DNA of 64,000 nucleotides from an uncultured bacterium (GTDB taxonomy: Bacteria; Vulcanimicrobiota; Xenobia; Xenobiales; Xenobiaceae): positions 1,572-65,571 of the forward strand of contig CAKTUZ010000017.1 in NCBI GenBank assembly GCA_934621605.1, given 5' to 3'. The translations under genes were made by a program, and so were the position numbers. Below are positions 9,713 through 20,270 of the stretch, piece by piece. Each line of letters begins with the position of its first letter. The first letter of the stretch is position 1. The notes below the pieces were generated by a model. It had not been told where the DNA came from, did no database searches, and worked only from the letters and a program-made list of their open reading frames with translations.

Positions 9713-10348
9713 TTAATTCTTTCCCAACTCACTGACGGCGGCCATAACTAAATCAGAAGAATCAGCAGAAGTACCAGCTTCCAAAGCAGCTTTGACGGCA
9801 TTCTCCGCTTCTTCATCAGTACAACCCAAACCGATCAATACAGCCACAGCTTCCAAAGCGGCAGGCGGCAAGGAACTTTCCGGCTTGACAGCCTTTTGCG
9901 ATTGGCGCTCTCTCAAAGTATCTGTATCCAAAGACATATTTTCAGAGATGGCCCCAATCTTTTCATTGAGCTCCAAAATCAGCCTTTTAGCCGTTTTGGG
10001 GCCCACACCAGGCACTTTTTTCAGGGAGTCGACATCGTTAGCCAAAATACAGGCAGCCAAATCGGCAGGAGCGTATTTATTAAGAATTTTTAGAGCGGCT
10101 TTGGGGCCTATACCAGATATAGTTGTCAATAACTTGCAAAATTCACGTTCCAAGGGCGTAGCAAAACCGACTAAAAATATTTCATTTTCACGCACTATCA
10201 TAAGCGTTTGCAAACGATAGTGTCTGTCAATAACACAGCGAGCTGCAAAAGACTCGGTCACAAAAATTTCGTAGCCTATTCCGTTAAGTTCCAGTACAAC
10301 CCGATCTTGGCCGCCGTAAACACATAATCCCTCAATAGAAGCAATCAT
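9713..10348 (-). CDS. ruvA: Holliday junction DNA-binding protein RuvA
   Basis: MIASIEGL...GIGYEI OB domain and tandem HhH motifs (GIGPKAALKIL, VPGVGPKTAKRLI). The start is set at the internal MIASIEG; the upstream 25 codons of the ORF overlap the next gene. Confidence 0.85.
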   Translation of the reverse strand: MIASIEGLCVYGGQDRVVLELNGIGYEIFVTESFAARCVIDRHYRLQTLMIVRENEIFLVGFATPLEREFCKLLTTISGIGPKAALKILNKYAPADLAACILANDVDSLKKVPGVGPKTAKRLILELNEKIGAISENMSLDTDTLRERQSQKAVKPESSLPPAALEAVAVLIGLGCTDEEAENAVKAALEAGTSADSSDLVMAAVSELGKN

Positions 10349-10373
10349 AACTTTATACTCTAGACAAGTTTTC

Positions 10374-11084
10374 TTAGAAAAGACAGCGCAATTTTTCTTG
10401 CCAAACAGCCAAAATTTCCGCACTAAGCACCTTTACATGCCCCCAACCGACCGGCCAAGACAAGCACTTAGACTTACCACCGATACGATTTCCCTCTATA
10501 GTAGGAATTTCTACTATGCGCAGCTTATTTTTCATAGCTCTAATACTCATCTGGTATTCGATAGGAAAACTACATTCATCCAAATTCAATACTTCGAAAG
10601 AGCAACGTCTGACCGCACGGAAACCATTAATAGTATCGGTAATGTAAGGCCCTTTATTAAATAAAATATTGGCTATAAAAGTAAAAGCTCGATTTACCCA
10701 AGCTCGAAAGCGGAAGAATTGTTCATCTTCTTCATTGCGACTATTCTTCATAAAACGCGAAGCAATAGCCACATCAGCTTCGTTATTTTCCAAACGCTCG
10801 CACAGCTTCACAATATCGTCAGGATCTTCATTACCGTCCGGAGAATAAAAGACCAGAATCGAAGAGCGGGTATTTTTTACGCCAACTCTGAAAGCTTCGC
10901 CTCTACCGGGGATATCTTGACCGACGACTTTTAATCCGTGCTCACGATAGAATTCAACCGTTCCGTCGGAAGAGCCTCCGTCTACAACTAAGACCTCGTC
11001 GAAGCTATCCAAGGGTAACCGATTCCATAGAGCTCGAGATCCGGCAATCTCATCGTAAGTTAAAATAATAAGCGCTCTGCTCAT
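10374..11084 (-). CDS. GT2 family glycosyltransferase, DPM1/ArnC-like polyprenyl-phosphate sugar synthase (soluble, short form)
   Basis: ILTYDE...VLVVDGGSSDGT ... YSPDGNEDP (DxD-type) ... IASRF. No C-terminal TM helices. Confidence 0.7.
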   Translation of the reverse strand: MSRALIILTYDEIAGSRALWNRLPLDSFDEVLVVDGGSSDGTVEFYREHGLKVVGQDIPGRGEAFRVGVKNTRSSILVFYSPDGNEDPDDIVKLCERLENNEADVAIASRFMKNSRNEEDEQFFRFRAWVNRAFTFIANILFNKGPYITDTINGFRAVRRCSFEVLNLDECSFPIEYQMSIRAMKNKLRIVEIPTIEGNRIGGKSKCLSWPVGWGHVKVLSAEILAVWQEKLRCLF

Positions 11085-11171
11085 TTTTACTAATACTGCT
11101 TTCCTAATCTGCGTAGAGTCTCTAGTTACGCGACCGATACCTACAGCCCCTGCCCCGACTTTGTCCGAAAG

Positions 11172-13151
11172 CTAAGGCAACTTAAGCTCATCTATTCTAA
11201 AAACAGCAATTCTATACTGATTCGGAGAGCTACCGTATTGCTCCAATACCTCCTCAATATCTTGCTCCTGCGGCTGACCGAAGAGCGTCATAAGCGTAGT
11301 ACAATAACTGTCATAAAAATACTTGCCGTTCTGAGGATCTATATTCCAGCAACTGCGTTCATGTACAATAATATAACGCAACCCCTCTTCAATTAGCTTT
11401 TGATAATCCAAATAATCAAATTCAATATCGGAATTGGGATCGACATTCAATTGCTCAATAAATTGCAAAAAAGTATTTTCTTCCAAATCAGGAATAGTTT
11501 TGGTCAGTTTCTGCAAATCAGACTCAGGATAATTTGGTGGAGTAGCGCCGTCAGCCCAGCCCAAAAGTAAACGTTTACCGTGCGTAATTTGATAATATTG
11601 CAAATAATCACCGGTACGTATGGGCACTTCAGCTACCATAAACACCCCCGGTTGAGCCGCTAAGCGAGAGTAACATTGAGGAGTTTCAATATTAAAACCT
11701 GTAATAGGAGCAGCTTGACAATAAAAATTGTTGGCTCCAATCAGAAAAGCGAACATCAAAGCCAAAATCCAACTGAGTGAGAGACGATGATGCCATTTTT
11801 GTAAAACATAAATAACCGATCCGCTTAAAACAGAGGCAGAAATAATCAGCATGGCGCTCATGCGCACCGGAGAAAAAAGGCGAGCAAAGGCCGGCCAATA
11901 TTTGAAAAACAGCACATAAGGAGTAGCTAAGCCGCCATGCAGTTTGTTAATATAATCACCAGTATTTATATCTTGCAAATAAGGGCCCAAAGTCAGCGAA
12001 TAAAACAGCAACAAACTTAAGAGCCAAGGGCCGGCCTGAGCACAAGTAAAAAACATCTCCGTTTTCGGCTCAGTTTGTTCAACGCTACTCGAAATTAAAG
12101 TTTCTTCTTGAGCAGAACAAGAGCCGATTTTTTGCTTCAACCACAGCAAAGGAACGGCCCATAAACTCAACAAAGTCACCAGAAGGGGTAAATTGCGGTT
12201 ATATTTTATCGAAAAAGGATATTGCCAAGGCAAAGAATCGAAACGAAAACGTTGGAAAGAAGTAAGCAAGGGATCATTCTGCTGCAAAATTCTCTCCGGC
12301 TCGGGCGAAAGCAACACATCTAAAGAAGGGAAGTTGCTAAATAGTACCAGTTCTGGCAAATCGTTACCACGAAAGATCATGGCCAGATAAGCCAATCCGG
12401 AAGGCAAAGCTACAGCTACAGTCACAATACCAGCGGCCAGTAAATACAGCGCTTTAGACTTAGTGAATGGGCCATAACTGCCGAACAAACCGTTCCAAAG
12501 CAAAAAAATTATTGTAAAGATGAGCAAAGATTGGCCGTAAAAAAGATAAATTACCGTTGACAAACCGCCCCAAAATCCTACAATTGCCACCAGCAACAAA
12601 CTAGGCCGACAGTAAAGCTTTATTAAAGCCAAGCAGTAAAAGATCATAGGAAAAATGATACCTTGGCGTATACGGCCACTATCCAACTCTGTTAAGCAAT
12701 AAGGCGAAAAAACCATCACCGCTCCGCTAAGCCAGCCAGCTGCTCTGTTTTTAAATAAATAACAACCAAGACAATAACCGCTGAAACCGTTTAAAGCAAA
12801 AACCAGCCAAGTTTTGATATTAAAATAAAGCGGAGCACCAAAAATAGTCTCCAAAGGCCAAGAAAAAAGCCATAAATCGGCCAAATTGCCAGTTTCGGGA
12901 TAAGATCCGGCTACAGATATAAGCCAGAGCATATATTGTAGCGAAGCGCCGCTGAACCAAGCTGTGGAAATAAGCTTTTTTGTCCACCAATAACGCCACA
13001 GCCAACCGTCAAGTTCTCCTCCAGGGCGACCAGCATAAACTGAAGTGTAAGGAAAATTCACACCGCCAAACAGCACAAAAACCAAGATTATAAAACTAAG
13101 CAGAGCCGCCGTCCCCCACAGCCAATTCTTGTTATTTTTGAACCAATTCAC
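11172..13151 (-). CDS. polytopic membrane protein (>=10 TM) with C-terminal soluble domain; GT-C-like/YfhO-like candidate glycosyltransferase
   Basis: Hydropathy pattern only. Adjacency to the GT2 gene and an ATGA overlap with the upstream ORF (13148-13151) indicate an operon. The family assignment is an inference. Confidence 0.4.
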   Translation of the reverse strand: MNWFKNNKNWLWGTAALLSFIILVFVLFGGVNFPYTSVYAGRPGGELDGWLWRYWWTKKLISTAWFSGASLQYMLWLISVAGSYPETGNLADLWLFSWPLETIFGAPLYFNIKTWLVFALNGFSGYCLGCYLFKNRAAGWLSGAVMVFSPYCLTELDSGRIRQGIIFPMIFYCLALIKLYCRPSLLLVAIVGFWGGLSTVIYLFYGQSLLIFTIIFLLWNGLFGSYGPFTKSKALYLLAAGIVTVAVALPSGLAYLAMIFRGNDLPELVLFSNFPSLDVLLSPEPERILQQNDPLLTSFQRFRFDSLPWQYPFSIKYNRNLPLLVTLLSLWAVPLLWLKQKIGSCSAQEETLISSSVEQTEPKTEMFFTCAQAGPWLLSLLLFYSLTLGPYLQDINTGDYINKLHGGLATPYVLFFKYWPAFARLFSPVRMSAMLIISASVLSGSVIYVLQKWHHRLSLSWILALMFAFLIGANNFYCQAAPITGFNIETPQCYSRLAAQPGVFMVAEVPIRTGDYLQYYQITHGKRLLLGWADGATPPNYPESDLQKLTKTIPDLEENTFLQFIEQLNVDPNSDIEFDYLDYQKLIEEGLRYIIVHERSCWNIDPQNGKYFYDSYCTTLMTLFGQPQEQDIEEVLEQYGSSPNQYRIAVFRIDELKLP

Positions 13152-14218
13152 AGCGAGATCCTCTCACCCAAAGTGCTGCAGTATACATTATCACCGAAAA
13201 TACTGCGCAAAAATTCATATTCGGAAAAACCAACTCCACCACAAGCGACAATTTTTAATCGCGGATATTTGGCAACCAGTTGCTTCATATATTTGAGGTT
13301 GGAGTCATTCCACATTAAATAACTGTCTCTAAAATTACTTACTATTAAAGAGGGCACTTCATGAAGAGAATTGTCAATCAGAGAAAATTTGTGCGCAAAA
13401 TCTCCATGACCGGAACCGCAGAAAAGAACTAAATTTCCATCATGGCGACGCACCAATAAATCCAGGGCAAATTGATTCTTTCCTATGGGCACAACCAAGG
13501 TCCAAACCCCTTCAAAAAGCGGACAAATTCCTGGCGGAGCAGCAATAACTTGTACATCTTTGGCTATATCCGGAGAAGTAATTTCCGCAAAATCACACGG
13601 GGTAATATTAGGACAAAGGAAGATCGTATTTCTGTTTAGATTATTGATAAAATCGAAACCGTCATCACAATCGAGCGCAGACATAACTACAAGATCTAAT
13701 TTTTTTTGCCAAGGCATAAACGGAGAGCGATTGAGAGTTTCCACTACAAAACCGCTCCAAGAATCCCCCATAGAGAATTTAGAGCCAGTATCGTAAATAA
13801 AATTGAGAACCCCATCCTGAATATTGCGGCTAAACTCTTGCCAAACTTTACCTTTAACATAAATACGTTTTTTAGGCCAGTTCAATACAGGAATCTCTGA
13901 GTCATTGGAACGCTCCAGCATAAACCACATCATGTTATGACCAGAATAGTTAATATTAAAACTTAAAGGGTTACTTTCATTGCGCCCGGTAAATTGGCTG
14001 CCACTGAGGATAGCAACCGTGTCCAAAAGTTCTTGCTTAGAAAAAGCCAAATTGTCAGAATTCTGAACAGGCACTCCGGCCTCAAGATTTATTTTGGACT
14101 CATTGGAAAAAATTGTAAAATAAGCCAATATATAACCCAACAAAAAAAACTGACTCAGAGCGACGAGACCGATAATATACAGACGATATTTTTCTGACTT
14201 CAAATCCGGTTCAGCCAC
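13148..14218 (-). CDS. hypothetical protein, N-terminal TM anchor
   Basis: Long ORF coupled by a 4-nt overlap to the downstream membrane protein gene. No confident motif. Confidence 0.5.
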   Translation of the reverse strand: MAEPDLKSEKYRLYIIGLVALSQFFLLGYILAYFTIFSNESKINLEAGVPVQNSDNLAFSKQELLDTVAILSGSQFTGRNESNPLSFNINYSGHNMMWFMLERSNDSEIPVLNWPKKRIYVKGKVWQEFSRNIQDGVLNFIYDTGSKFSMGDSWSGFVVETLNRSPFMPWQKKLDLVVMSALDCDDGFDFINNLNRNTIFLCPNITPCDFAEITSPDIAKDVQVIAAPPGICPLFEGVWTLVVPIGKNQFALDLLVRRHDGNLVLFCGSGHGDFAHKFSLIDNSLHEVPSLIVSNFRDSYLMWNDSNLKYMKQLVAKYPRLKIVACGGVGFSEYEFLRSIFGDNVYCSTLGERISL

Positions 14219-14224
14219 TTTTTA

Positions 14225-15334
14225 CTACCTCAAAGCGCCGCTTTCAGGATCATATTCCCAACAATGCTCAATAGCTACTCGCGAACCGTCATAATTCGTC
14301 CACTGTCCTTGAGCCTTATAGCGCACCTTAGGCTCGGAAGTTAGTTCTACCTCTGCCCAATTTTCGGCCCAAAGCCCACGCTGTTGCCAAGCTTGACTAT
14401 CGGTATTAAGCAATAAAATAATGCCCGCATGACCTCTTTCAGCTAAAACTGACAGTTTTTGAGCTACCCCTTGCCACAATTCTTGCAGTTCTTCTGTGCT
14501 GCACTCCTCTTCGTTGATTTTATCTGATTGCAAAAAATCCCAACCGTCAAGAAGCAAGGTAAATTCTAAATCTTTTTCGGCAAAATTGCTCAACAGACGA
14601 TGCAATTCAGCAAATGAAGTAGAATAACCGGAAAAGCAATATAAGCTCTCTTCCCAATCGTCCAAATCGACTTGTTGCCACACCTCCGCTTTTTCTGTGT
14701 CGCTAAGTTTATTAAAATCGGTTCGAGCTGCCAGAGACAACAATCCCCAACCGATTTGGCGCACTCCCAAACGTCGTGAAAAAACAAACAATTTTTGGGT
14801 TGGTTCGCTGAGCACAGTGAAAGCACAATTCAACAGAAGATTTAAACGCGGATTACGAGCAAATTCCGTACGCGGCGGCACCTCTTCAGCTCCGGGACAA
14901 CCCAGCACTAAAAGACGCGGCCTGTCAAAACTCAGTCCCGGCAAAATTGGCAGTCCCTCTTCGACGGAACGGAAAAGTTCATCCCATTTCAAACGCTCAT
15001 ATTTGGCGCCATGCAATCCAAGTTCGGGACTGGCCAATTGAGCTTCCAAGCACTTGAAACGGCGTTCGTATTTTACATAGCGCACAGCGACGTAGACAGC
15101 TAATGCAATTACAGCCAATAAAATTACGAGCATTTGCTGGCGCGTAGCCAATACGCTCAAATCGGCAGTAGCCAAACTGTCCTGAACGAAACCGGCCGGA
15201 GGAGCAAAATTTTGCTGCCCCGGATCGCTTTCCTGAGCCCCGACAAAATGTGGCAACATTACCACTCCCAGAGCCCAAAGACCGCCCACTATTACTCTCA
15301 ATTTACTGCCAAAATTTGCCAATCTGTTGACCAC
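14225..15334 (-). CDS. hypothetical protein with N-terminal signal/TM and a second TM
   Basis: Long ORF, first gene of the minus-strand cluster 15334->10374. No confident motif. Confidence 0.45.
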   Translation of the reverse strand: MVNRLANFGSKLRVIVGGLWALGVVMLPHFVGAQESDPGQQNFAPPAGFVQDSLATADLSVLATRQQMLVILLAVIALAVYVAVRYVKYERRFKCLEAQLASPELGLHGAKYERLKWDELFRSVEEGLPILPGLSFDRPRLLVLGCPGAEEVPPRTEFARNPRLNLLLNCAFTVLSEPTQKLFVFSRRLGVRQIGWGLLSLAARTDFNKLSDTEKAEVWQQVDLDDWEESLYCFSGYSTSFAELHRLLSNFAEKDLEFTLLLDGWDFLQSDKINEEECSTEELQELWQGVAQKLSVLAERGHAGIILLLNTDSQAWQQRGLWAENWAEVELTSEPKVRYKAQGQWTNYDGSRVAIEHCWEYDPESGALR

Positions 15335-15453
15335 AACCGTTGATCTTACTCCGCTAAATTAGAAAAAAAATACTCCGACTACAAATGCCAGCTCAGCCCG
15401 ATTGGGCCAAGTAAACTTTTCAGCCGGAGCACAAACAATTCCAAAATATAGGG

Positions 15454-16125
15454 CTAACCCTCAATCTTTTCTACAATCAATTTTTGCATATCTTTGAGAG
15501 TCTTTTCCACATTGGGAGCTTTAAAATCTTCAGCACTGCCTTTATCAAATTCCATAAAAAGATCGGAACGGGAAATATTGATGGAAAGTATACCTTTGCG
15601 AAGCAAACTGGCTACAATTTCACGACGTCCCTCTTGATCTAAATAATGATTTACATCTCTGGGAGTGGCAGAAACAACTTTAAACTCATCTTTACCGGAA
15701 ACTTCCTCATCGTCTCCGCGAGTTTTACGGCGTTCTTCAATAATACGCCGTTCCTCTTGGGTTAAGTTGGGATTCCAAACTTTTTTAGAGGACTCTTCTT
15801 TAGCCAAACGCTGCTTTTCTTGAAGTTCTTTAGCTCCGAATCCCTCTCCTACGGAAATAGTGGCATTAAAATTGGAACGCTGTTGCATAGTGTAAATAAT
15901 CTTGTTGCTTTTGGCTTTCCAGGGAGTAAAGTTGAGGAAGCCTCGGATAGTAGTAAATACGCCGCGATAAATTCCGCTTACGATTACGCTGCTGCCCGCA
16001 AATTGAGTTTTGGCTTTAGTCATACCCAAAGTATGTTCTAAATCACCTACATAACTGTAAGTGGTAATGGCAACATAACAGTAATAAGCAATGACAAAGA
16101 AAGCGAGCAATATCAATATAATCAT
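15454..16125 (-). CDS. hypothetical membrane-anchored protein with charged coiled C-terminal half
   Basis: N-terminal TM (IILILLAFFVIAYYCYVAI). K/E/R-rich C-terminus. Confidence 0.45.
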   Translation of the reverse strand: MIILILLAFFVIAYYCYVAITTYSYVGDLEHTLGMTKAKTQFAGSSVIVSGIYRGVFTTIRGFLNFTPWKAKSNKIIYTMQQRSNFNATISVGEGFGAKELQEKQRLAKEESSKKVWNPNLTQEERRIIEERRKTRGDDEEVSGKDEFKVVSATPRDVNHYLDQEGRREIVASLLRKGILSINISRSDLFMEFDKGSAEDFKAPNVEKTLKDMQKLIVEKIEG

Positions 16126-16208
16126 AATATAACAAAAGCTCCTGGTTATCAGTTTCTGCCTAACGCAGCATTTTTAACGAGCCAACCGCAACAAATACAT
16201 TACAACAA

Positions 16209-17282
16209 CTAAACGGCCGACAACTCGCAAACCTCATTGAAATTAATTCCGGAAGAACAACTGCGCACAAAAGCTTCCGCCAAGTCTACAGTTGCTTCTA
16301 AATCGGACCATTCCATTACTTCGTTGGGCGTGTGCATATAGCGTATGGGTACAGAAATGATGCCTACCGCTATTCCACTGTTAGCAACTTGAATAACTCC
16401 GGCATCAGTGGAAGTTACTGCCGAAGAAGGTTGAATTTGATATTTTATGCCGAAACCTTCGGCAGTATCAACTAAACGCTTAAAGACAAAAGGACTGGTA
16501 TTGGGACCGCGTACAATAACCGGTCCCCGCCCCAAAGAGACATCGCCCAAGAGGCGCTTGTCCAATCCCGGAGTATCCATAGTATGACAAACGTCAATAA
16601 TTAAAGCTATCTGAGGGTTAATTTTAGCTATGGCCGCCTCAGCTCCGCGCATACCAACCTCTTCTTGCACAGAAGACAAAGCAGTCAACTCAACTTTAGC
16701 TAAGCTGCCGCTCAAGCGAGAAAAAGTTTCAGCTGCAACATACATACCGGCTCGATTGTCTAAAGCCGGAGAAGAGACGCGACGTCCCCCCAATTCAGTC
16801 AACTCAGAGACATAGCTGACAGGATCGCCCAAACGAACCATTTGCTTGGCTTCTACATCATTTCTGGCTCCGATATCGACCCAAATTCCAGTAATAGGCG
16901 GAGCTGCGGCACGTTCGCTGTCACTTTGCATATGATGTGGCTTGGTACCAATAACGCCATAGATATCGCGTCCTTCGGTTTTTACAACCACACGCTGAGA
17001 AATAGCTGTCTTGACACTATGGCTGCCTACCGGTTGCAAATAAAGCAAACCGTCCTCGGAGATATAGCGAATTAAAAAACCTATTTCATCAGCGTGACAA
17101 TCTATCAACACCTTATTGGGAGCACCCGGATTAAGTATTCCCCATACAGACCCCATAACATCCGAACAAAGCTTATCAGCATGGTGACGAATATGACTTA
17201 AAAAGACTGATTGTACGTCTTTTTCGCAACCGGAGACACCGCGCACAGCGGTAAGTTGTTTAAAAAAATCTTTGTCCAGCAT
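16209..17282 (-). CDS. M42 family metallo-aminopeptidase (FrvX/CelM-like)
   Basis: N-terminal GVSGCE and HADEIGF motifs. Length ~355 aa is typical of M42. Confidence 0.7.
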   Translation of the reverse strand: MLDKDFFKQLTAVRGVSGCEKDVQSVFLSHIRHHADKLCSDVMGSVWGILNPGAPNKVLIDCHADEIGFLIRYISEDGLLYLQPVGSHSVKTAISQRVVVKTEGRDIYGVIGTKPHHMQSDSERAAAPPITGIWVDIGARNDVEAKQMVRLGDPVSYVSELTELGGRRVSSPALDNRAGMYVAAETFSRLSGSLAKVELTALSSVQEEVGMRGAEAAIAKINPQIALIIDVCHTMDTPGLDKRLLGDVSLGRGPVIVRGPNTSPFVFKRLVDTAEGFGIKYQIQPSSAVTSTDAGVIQVANSGIAVGIISVPIRYMHTPNEVMEWSDLEATVDLAEAFVRSCSSGINFNEVCELSAV

Positions 17283-17509
17283 ATTTTAAGTGACAACTTC
17301 CGTTTCTAAAAAAGTTCAAGAGCCCGAAGAGCGGTCATTTTACCCTACAACTGGGCTTCACTCCTTCGCTTTCTAATCCTGCCGCCGTCAAGGGGCATAA
17401 GCAGGTTTCACTTTGAAAATACCAGAAAAATACTTACATGCAAATTTATCTTGCTGAAGATTATTAATATCAAAGTTTCTTCTGCCCAGCATTCCGGAGG
17501 TCTGCCACG

Positions 17510-19054
17510 TTGTCAACTCAATGGGACGATTGCCAAAGAAAAATTCTCCGAGGAGAAAAAATACCAGACAATTCCGGAGATATTTATGTTGTCAGAGAAA
17601 ACTTAGCCGGTAGCTTAAAAGCTCCGGTATCGGTAGGTCGGGCTATAGCTGTTCTCAACTCGCTCTTTAAGGAGAGTCAAATTCTTTACTTTTGTATAAT
17701 CGGAGAACTGAGTAGACTTACTGTCCACAGCAGCGGCCACCTTTATTTTGAGATGCGCGACCAAAACAATCAGGGCGTTATCAGCTGCAAAATGTGGAGA
17801 AATCGTCTGCTCAAAAATAAAATTAAGCCAGAAAAACTTAAACCGGGACAAAATCTGATCTTAACGGGCCGCTTTAGTCTGTATGATAGAAACGGTAAAC
17901 TCGATTTTGAAGCTGACAATATTATCCCCTGCGATCAGGGCAAATTGCTAGAAGAGCTGGAAGAATTGCGCCGTAAATTACAAGCTGAAGGGCTGTTCGC
18001 TCCAGAGCGCAAAAGGGCCCTGCCGGTTTTTCCCAAGGTTGTAGGCGTAGCCACCTCTCAAAGCGGACAAGCCATTCAAGATATACTCCGCACCTTAAAA
18101 AATCGCTGCCCACACATAAAAGTCGTGCTAGCTCCCTGCTTATGTCAAGGCGAAGGCGCCGAACGTTCTATCATAAGAGCGCTTAAAGCTTTGGAGCGAA
18201 GATCAGATATAGACTGCGTTATTGTAGGTCGCGGCGGCGGTTCACAAAGTGATTTACATGTTTATAACAATGAGGAATTGGTAAGATTTGTGGCAACTTA
18301 TGGTAAACCTATTATTTCGGCCGTAGGCCACGAAGGCGACCACTTACTGACTGACGACGCCGCCGACAGGCGTGCTTCCACTCCCACGCAAGCGGCCGAA
18401 CTCATTTCCATTACTCGCCAAGAGCGGTTGAGCGAATTGGATCTTAAGCGCAGCCGTATTACAGAAGCTGTCTATCGTTATTTATCTCATCGAGAAGAAG
18501 GTTTGCAATTGTTCTTTTCCCGCTTGCCACAACTTCTGCGCCACAAGCTGGAGATAGGCGCCAATTCTCTGAACGGTTTGCGACACAGGCTCAATCTTTG
18601 TAATCCCAGTCGCTATTTGCCTCAACGCCGCCAAGATTTAGCCAAAAGAACTGAGCAATTGCACAAATTGGGACGACGCCTATGGCAGCAAAAATACGAG
18701 CAATTACAAAGCTTGCAAATCAGGTTGCAAACTTACTTGCAAAGCTATTTGCCGCGTCAGAAAGAAAAACTCGACAGTTTATGCTCTCAATTAAAATCGC
18801 TCTCTCCGGAACGTGTTTTGGATCGCGGATATGCCATCGTTGCCTCCAATCAGGGACACATTCTGCAAGCAGAAGATGTCAAACGCGGAGCTAATATACG
18901 CATAGCCCTAAAGTTCGGTTATCTGGAAGCCAAAATTAACAAATTTATTAAGGGCGATCCTTTGGAAGCGTTGTGTGAGAATCGATACGCTCAACCTCAA
19001 AAAGATGATGATACGCTTAATGTCTCTTTGGAACAAAGCGCCCTTTTCGACTAG
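17510..19054 (+). CDS. xseA: exodeoxyribonuclease VII large subunit
   Basis: OB-fold N-terminus (SGHLYFEMRD) and catalytic core VVGVATSQSGQAIQDIL...RGGGS. Followed by xseB. Confidence 0.85.
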   Translation: MSTQWDDCQRKILRGEKIPDNSGDIYVVRENLAGSLKAPVSVGRAIAVLNSLFKESQILYFCIIGELSRLTVHSSGHLYFEMRDQNNQGVISCKMWRNRLLKNKIKPEKLKPGQNLILTGRFSLYDRNGKLDFEADNIIPCDQGKLLEELEELRRKLQAEGLFAPERKRALPVFPKVVGVATSQSGQAIQDILRTLKNRCPHIKVVLAPCLCQGEGAERSIIRALKALERRSDIDCVIVGRGGGSQSDLHVYNNEELVRFVATYGKPIISAVGHEGDHLLTDDAADRRASTPTQAAELISITRQERLSELDLKRSRITEAVYRYLSHREEGLQLFFSRLPQLLRHKLEIGANSLNGLRHRLNLCNPSRYLPQRRQDLAKRTEQLHKLGRRLWQQKYEQLQSLQIRLQTYLQSYLPRQKEKLDSLCSQLKSLSPERVLDRGYAIVASNQGHILQAEDVKRGANIRIALKFGYLEAKINKFIKGDPLEALCENRYAQPQKDDDTLNVSLEQSALFD

Positions 19055-19065
19055 AAATCGCCATT

Positions 19066-19308
19066 TTGGAAATTTACCACAGGAGTTATTTTATATTTAT
19101 GAATGAAGTTTCCCGAGCCCAAACCTATGAAGAAAGTTATCAAGAACTCAACGTTATTATCGATACTCTGGAAAGAGGCGATCAGAGTTTGGAGAAGACT
19201 TTACAATTGGTAGCCAGAGCGAAAGTTCTTTTGGACTACTGCGGCAACCAGCTCAAAGAAGCACAGAAACAACTGGAGATTTTGCAAGCTGATTCGGAGA
19301 TATGCTAA
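19066..19308 (+). CDS. xseB: exodeoxyribonuclease VII small subunit
   Basis: YEESYQELNVIIDTLERGDQSLEKTLQLVARAKVLLDYC is typical of XseB. The start is possibly at the internal MNEV. Confidence 0.85.
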   Translation: MEIYHRSYFIFMNEVSRAQTYEESYQELNVIIDTLERGDQSLEKTLQLVARAKVLLDYCGNQLKEAQKQLEILQADSEIC

Positions 19309-19383
19309 TTTTTTTCGGAAGGATCGGCCTTCATCTTTTCTGAAAGCCGCCGCACAGATTTTTACCAAGAAGGGTACTAAAAA

Positions 19384-20247
19384 TTGATCGATACTTCTAA
19401 TTTTGACTTAAAATCTTATCTCAAAGAGCAAGCTGAGGTCGTCAACCGGGCTTTAGAATCTTATCTTCCTGCTCATGCCACTTATATCGGCAACTTGGGT
19501 GAGGTAATGCGTTACAGTCTTTTCCCCGGCGGTAAACGTTTTCGCCCAATTCTGACCTTAGCCGTAGCCGAAGCTTTAGACTTAGACCCTCAGCTGGCCC
19601 TACCCGCTGCCTGTTCCTTCGAGTTAGTTCACTGTTTCTCTTTGGTACATGACGATCTACCTTGCATGGATAATGACGATATGCGACGCGGTAAACCTAC
19701 TGTACATAAAGCCTACGGCGAAGATACCGCTTTGCTGGCCGGTGACGCTTTGGTTATCGAAGCTTTTAATGTAGCTGCTAAAACGGCTATTCCCAATCAT
19801 CCTGAATTGACTATCGCCATAGTAAAAGAACTGGCCGAAGCTTCCGGACACTTAGGTATGGTTGGCGGTCAAATTTTAGATATGGAAGCTCAACATCACG
19901 GAGCCGATCAAGAAAAGCTTTTAGCAGTACACAAAGGTAAAACTGGCGCTTTAATTCGCGGTGCTGCCCGTGTGGGTGCCATTGCCGCTCAGGCCGACCC
20001 CGCTATGTTGGAAGCTATTACCGAATACAGCGAAATTTTAGGTTTGGTCTTCCAAATTACCGACGATATTTTGGATAGCGCCGACGATCCCGATCCTATT
20101 AGTTTTCCCACTCTCTTTGGCATGGAAGAATCAAAACGTATAGCTAAAGAAAAAACAGCCCGAGCCTTAGAGCTTATTGAACCGTTGGGAGAAAAGGCCA
20201 TTCCTTTGGCAGCTTTAGCCAATTACTTGTTAGTACGCACTATTTAA
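19384..20247 (+). CDS. ispA: (2E,6E)-farnesyl/geranylgeranyl diphosphate synthase
   Basis: First DDxxD motif VHDDLPCMDNDDMRRGKPT and second motif ITDDILD. Confidence 0.85.
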   Translation: MIDTSNFDLKSYLKEQAEVVNRALESYLPAHATYIGNLGEVMRYSLFPGGKRFRPILTLAVAEALDLDPQLALPAACSFELVHCFSLVHDDLPCMDNDDMRRGKPTVHKAYGEDTALLAGDALVIEAFNVAAKTAIPNHPELTIAIVKELAEASGHLGMVGGQILDMEAQHHGADQEKLLAVHKGKTGALIRGAARVGAIAAQADPAMLEAITEYSEILGLVFQITDDILDSADDPDPISFPTLFGMEESKRIAKEKTARALELIEPLGEKAIPLAALANYLLVRTI

Positions 20248-20270
20248 GCTGCAGTTGGGACTTTAAGATC

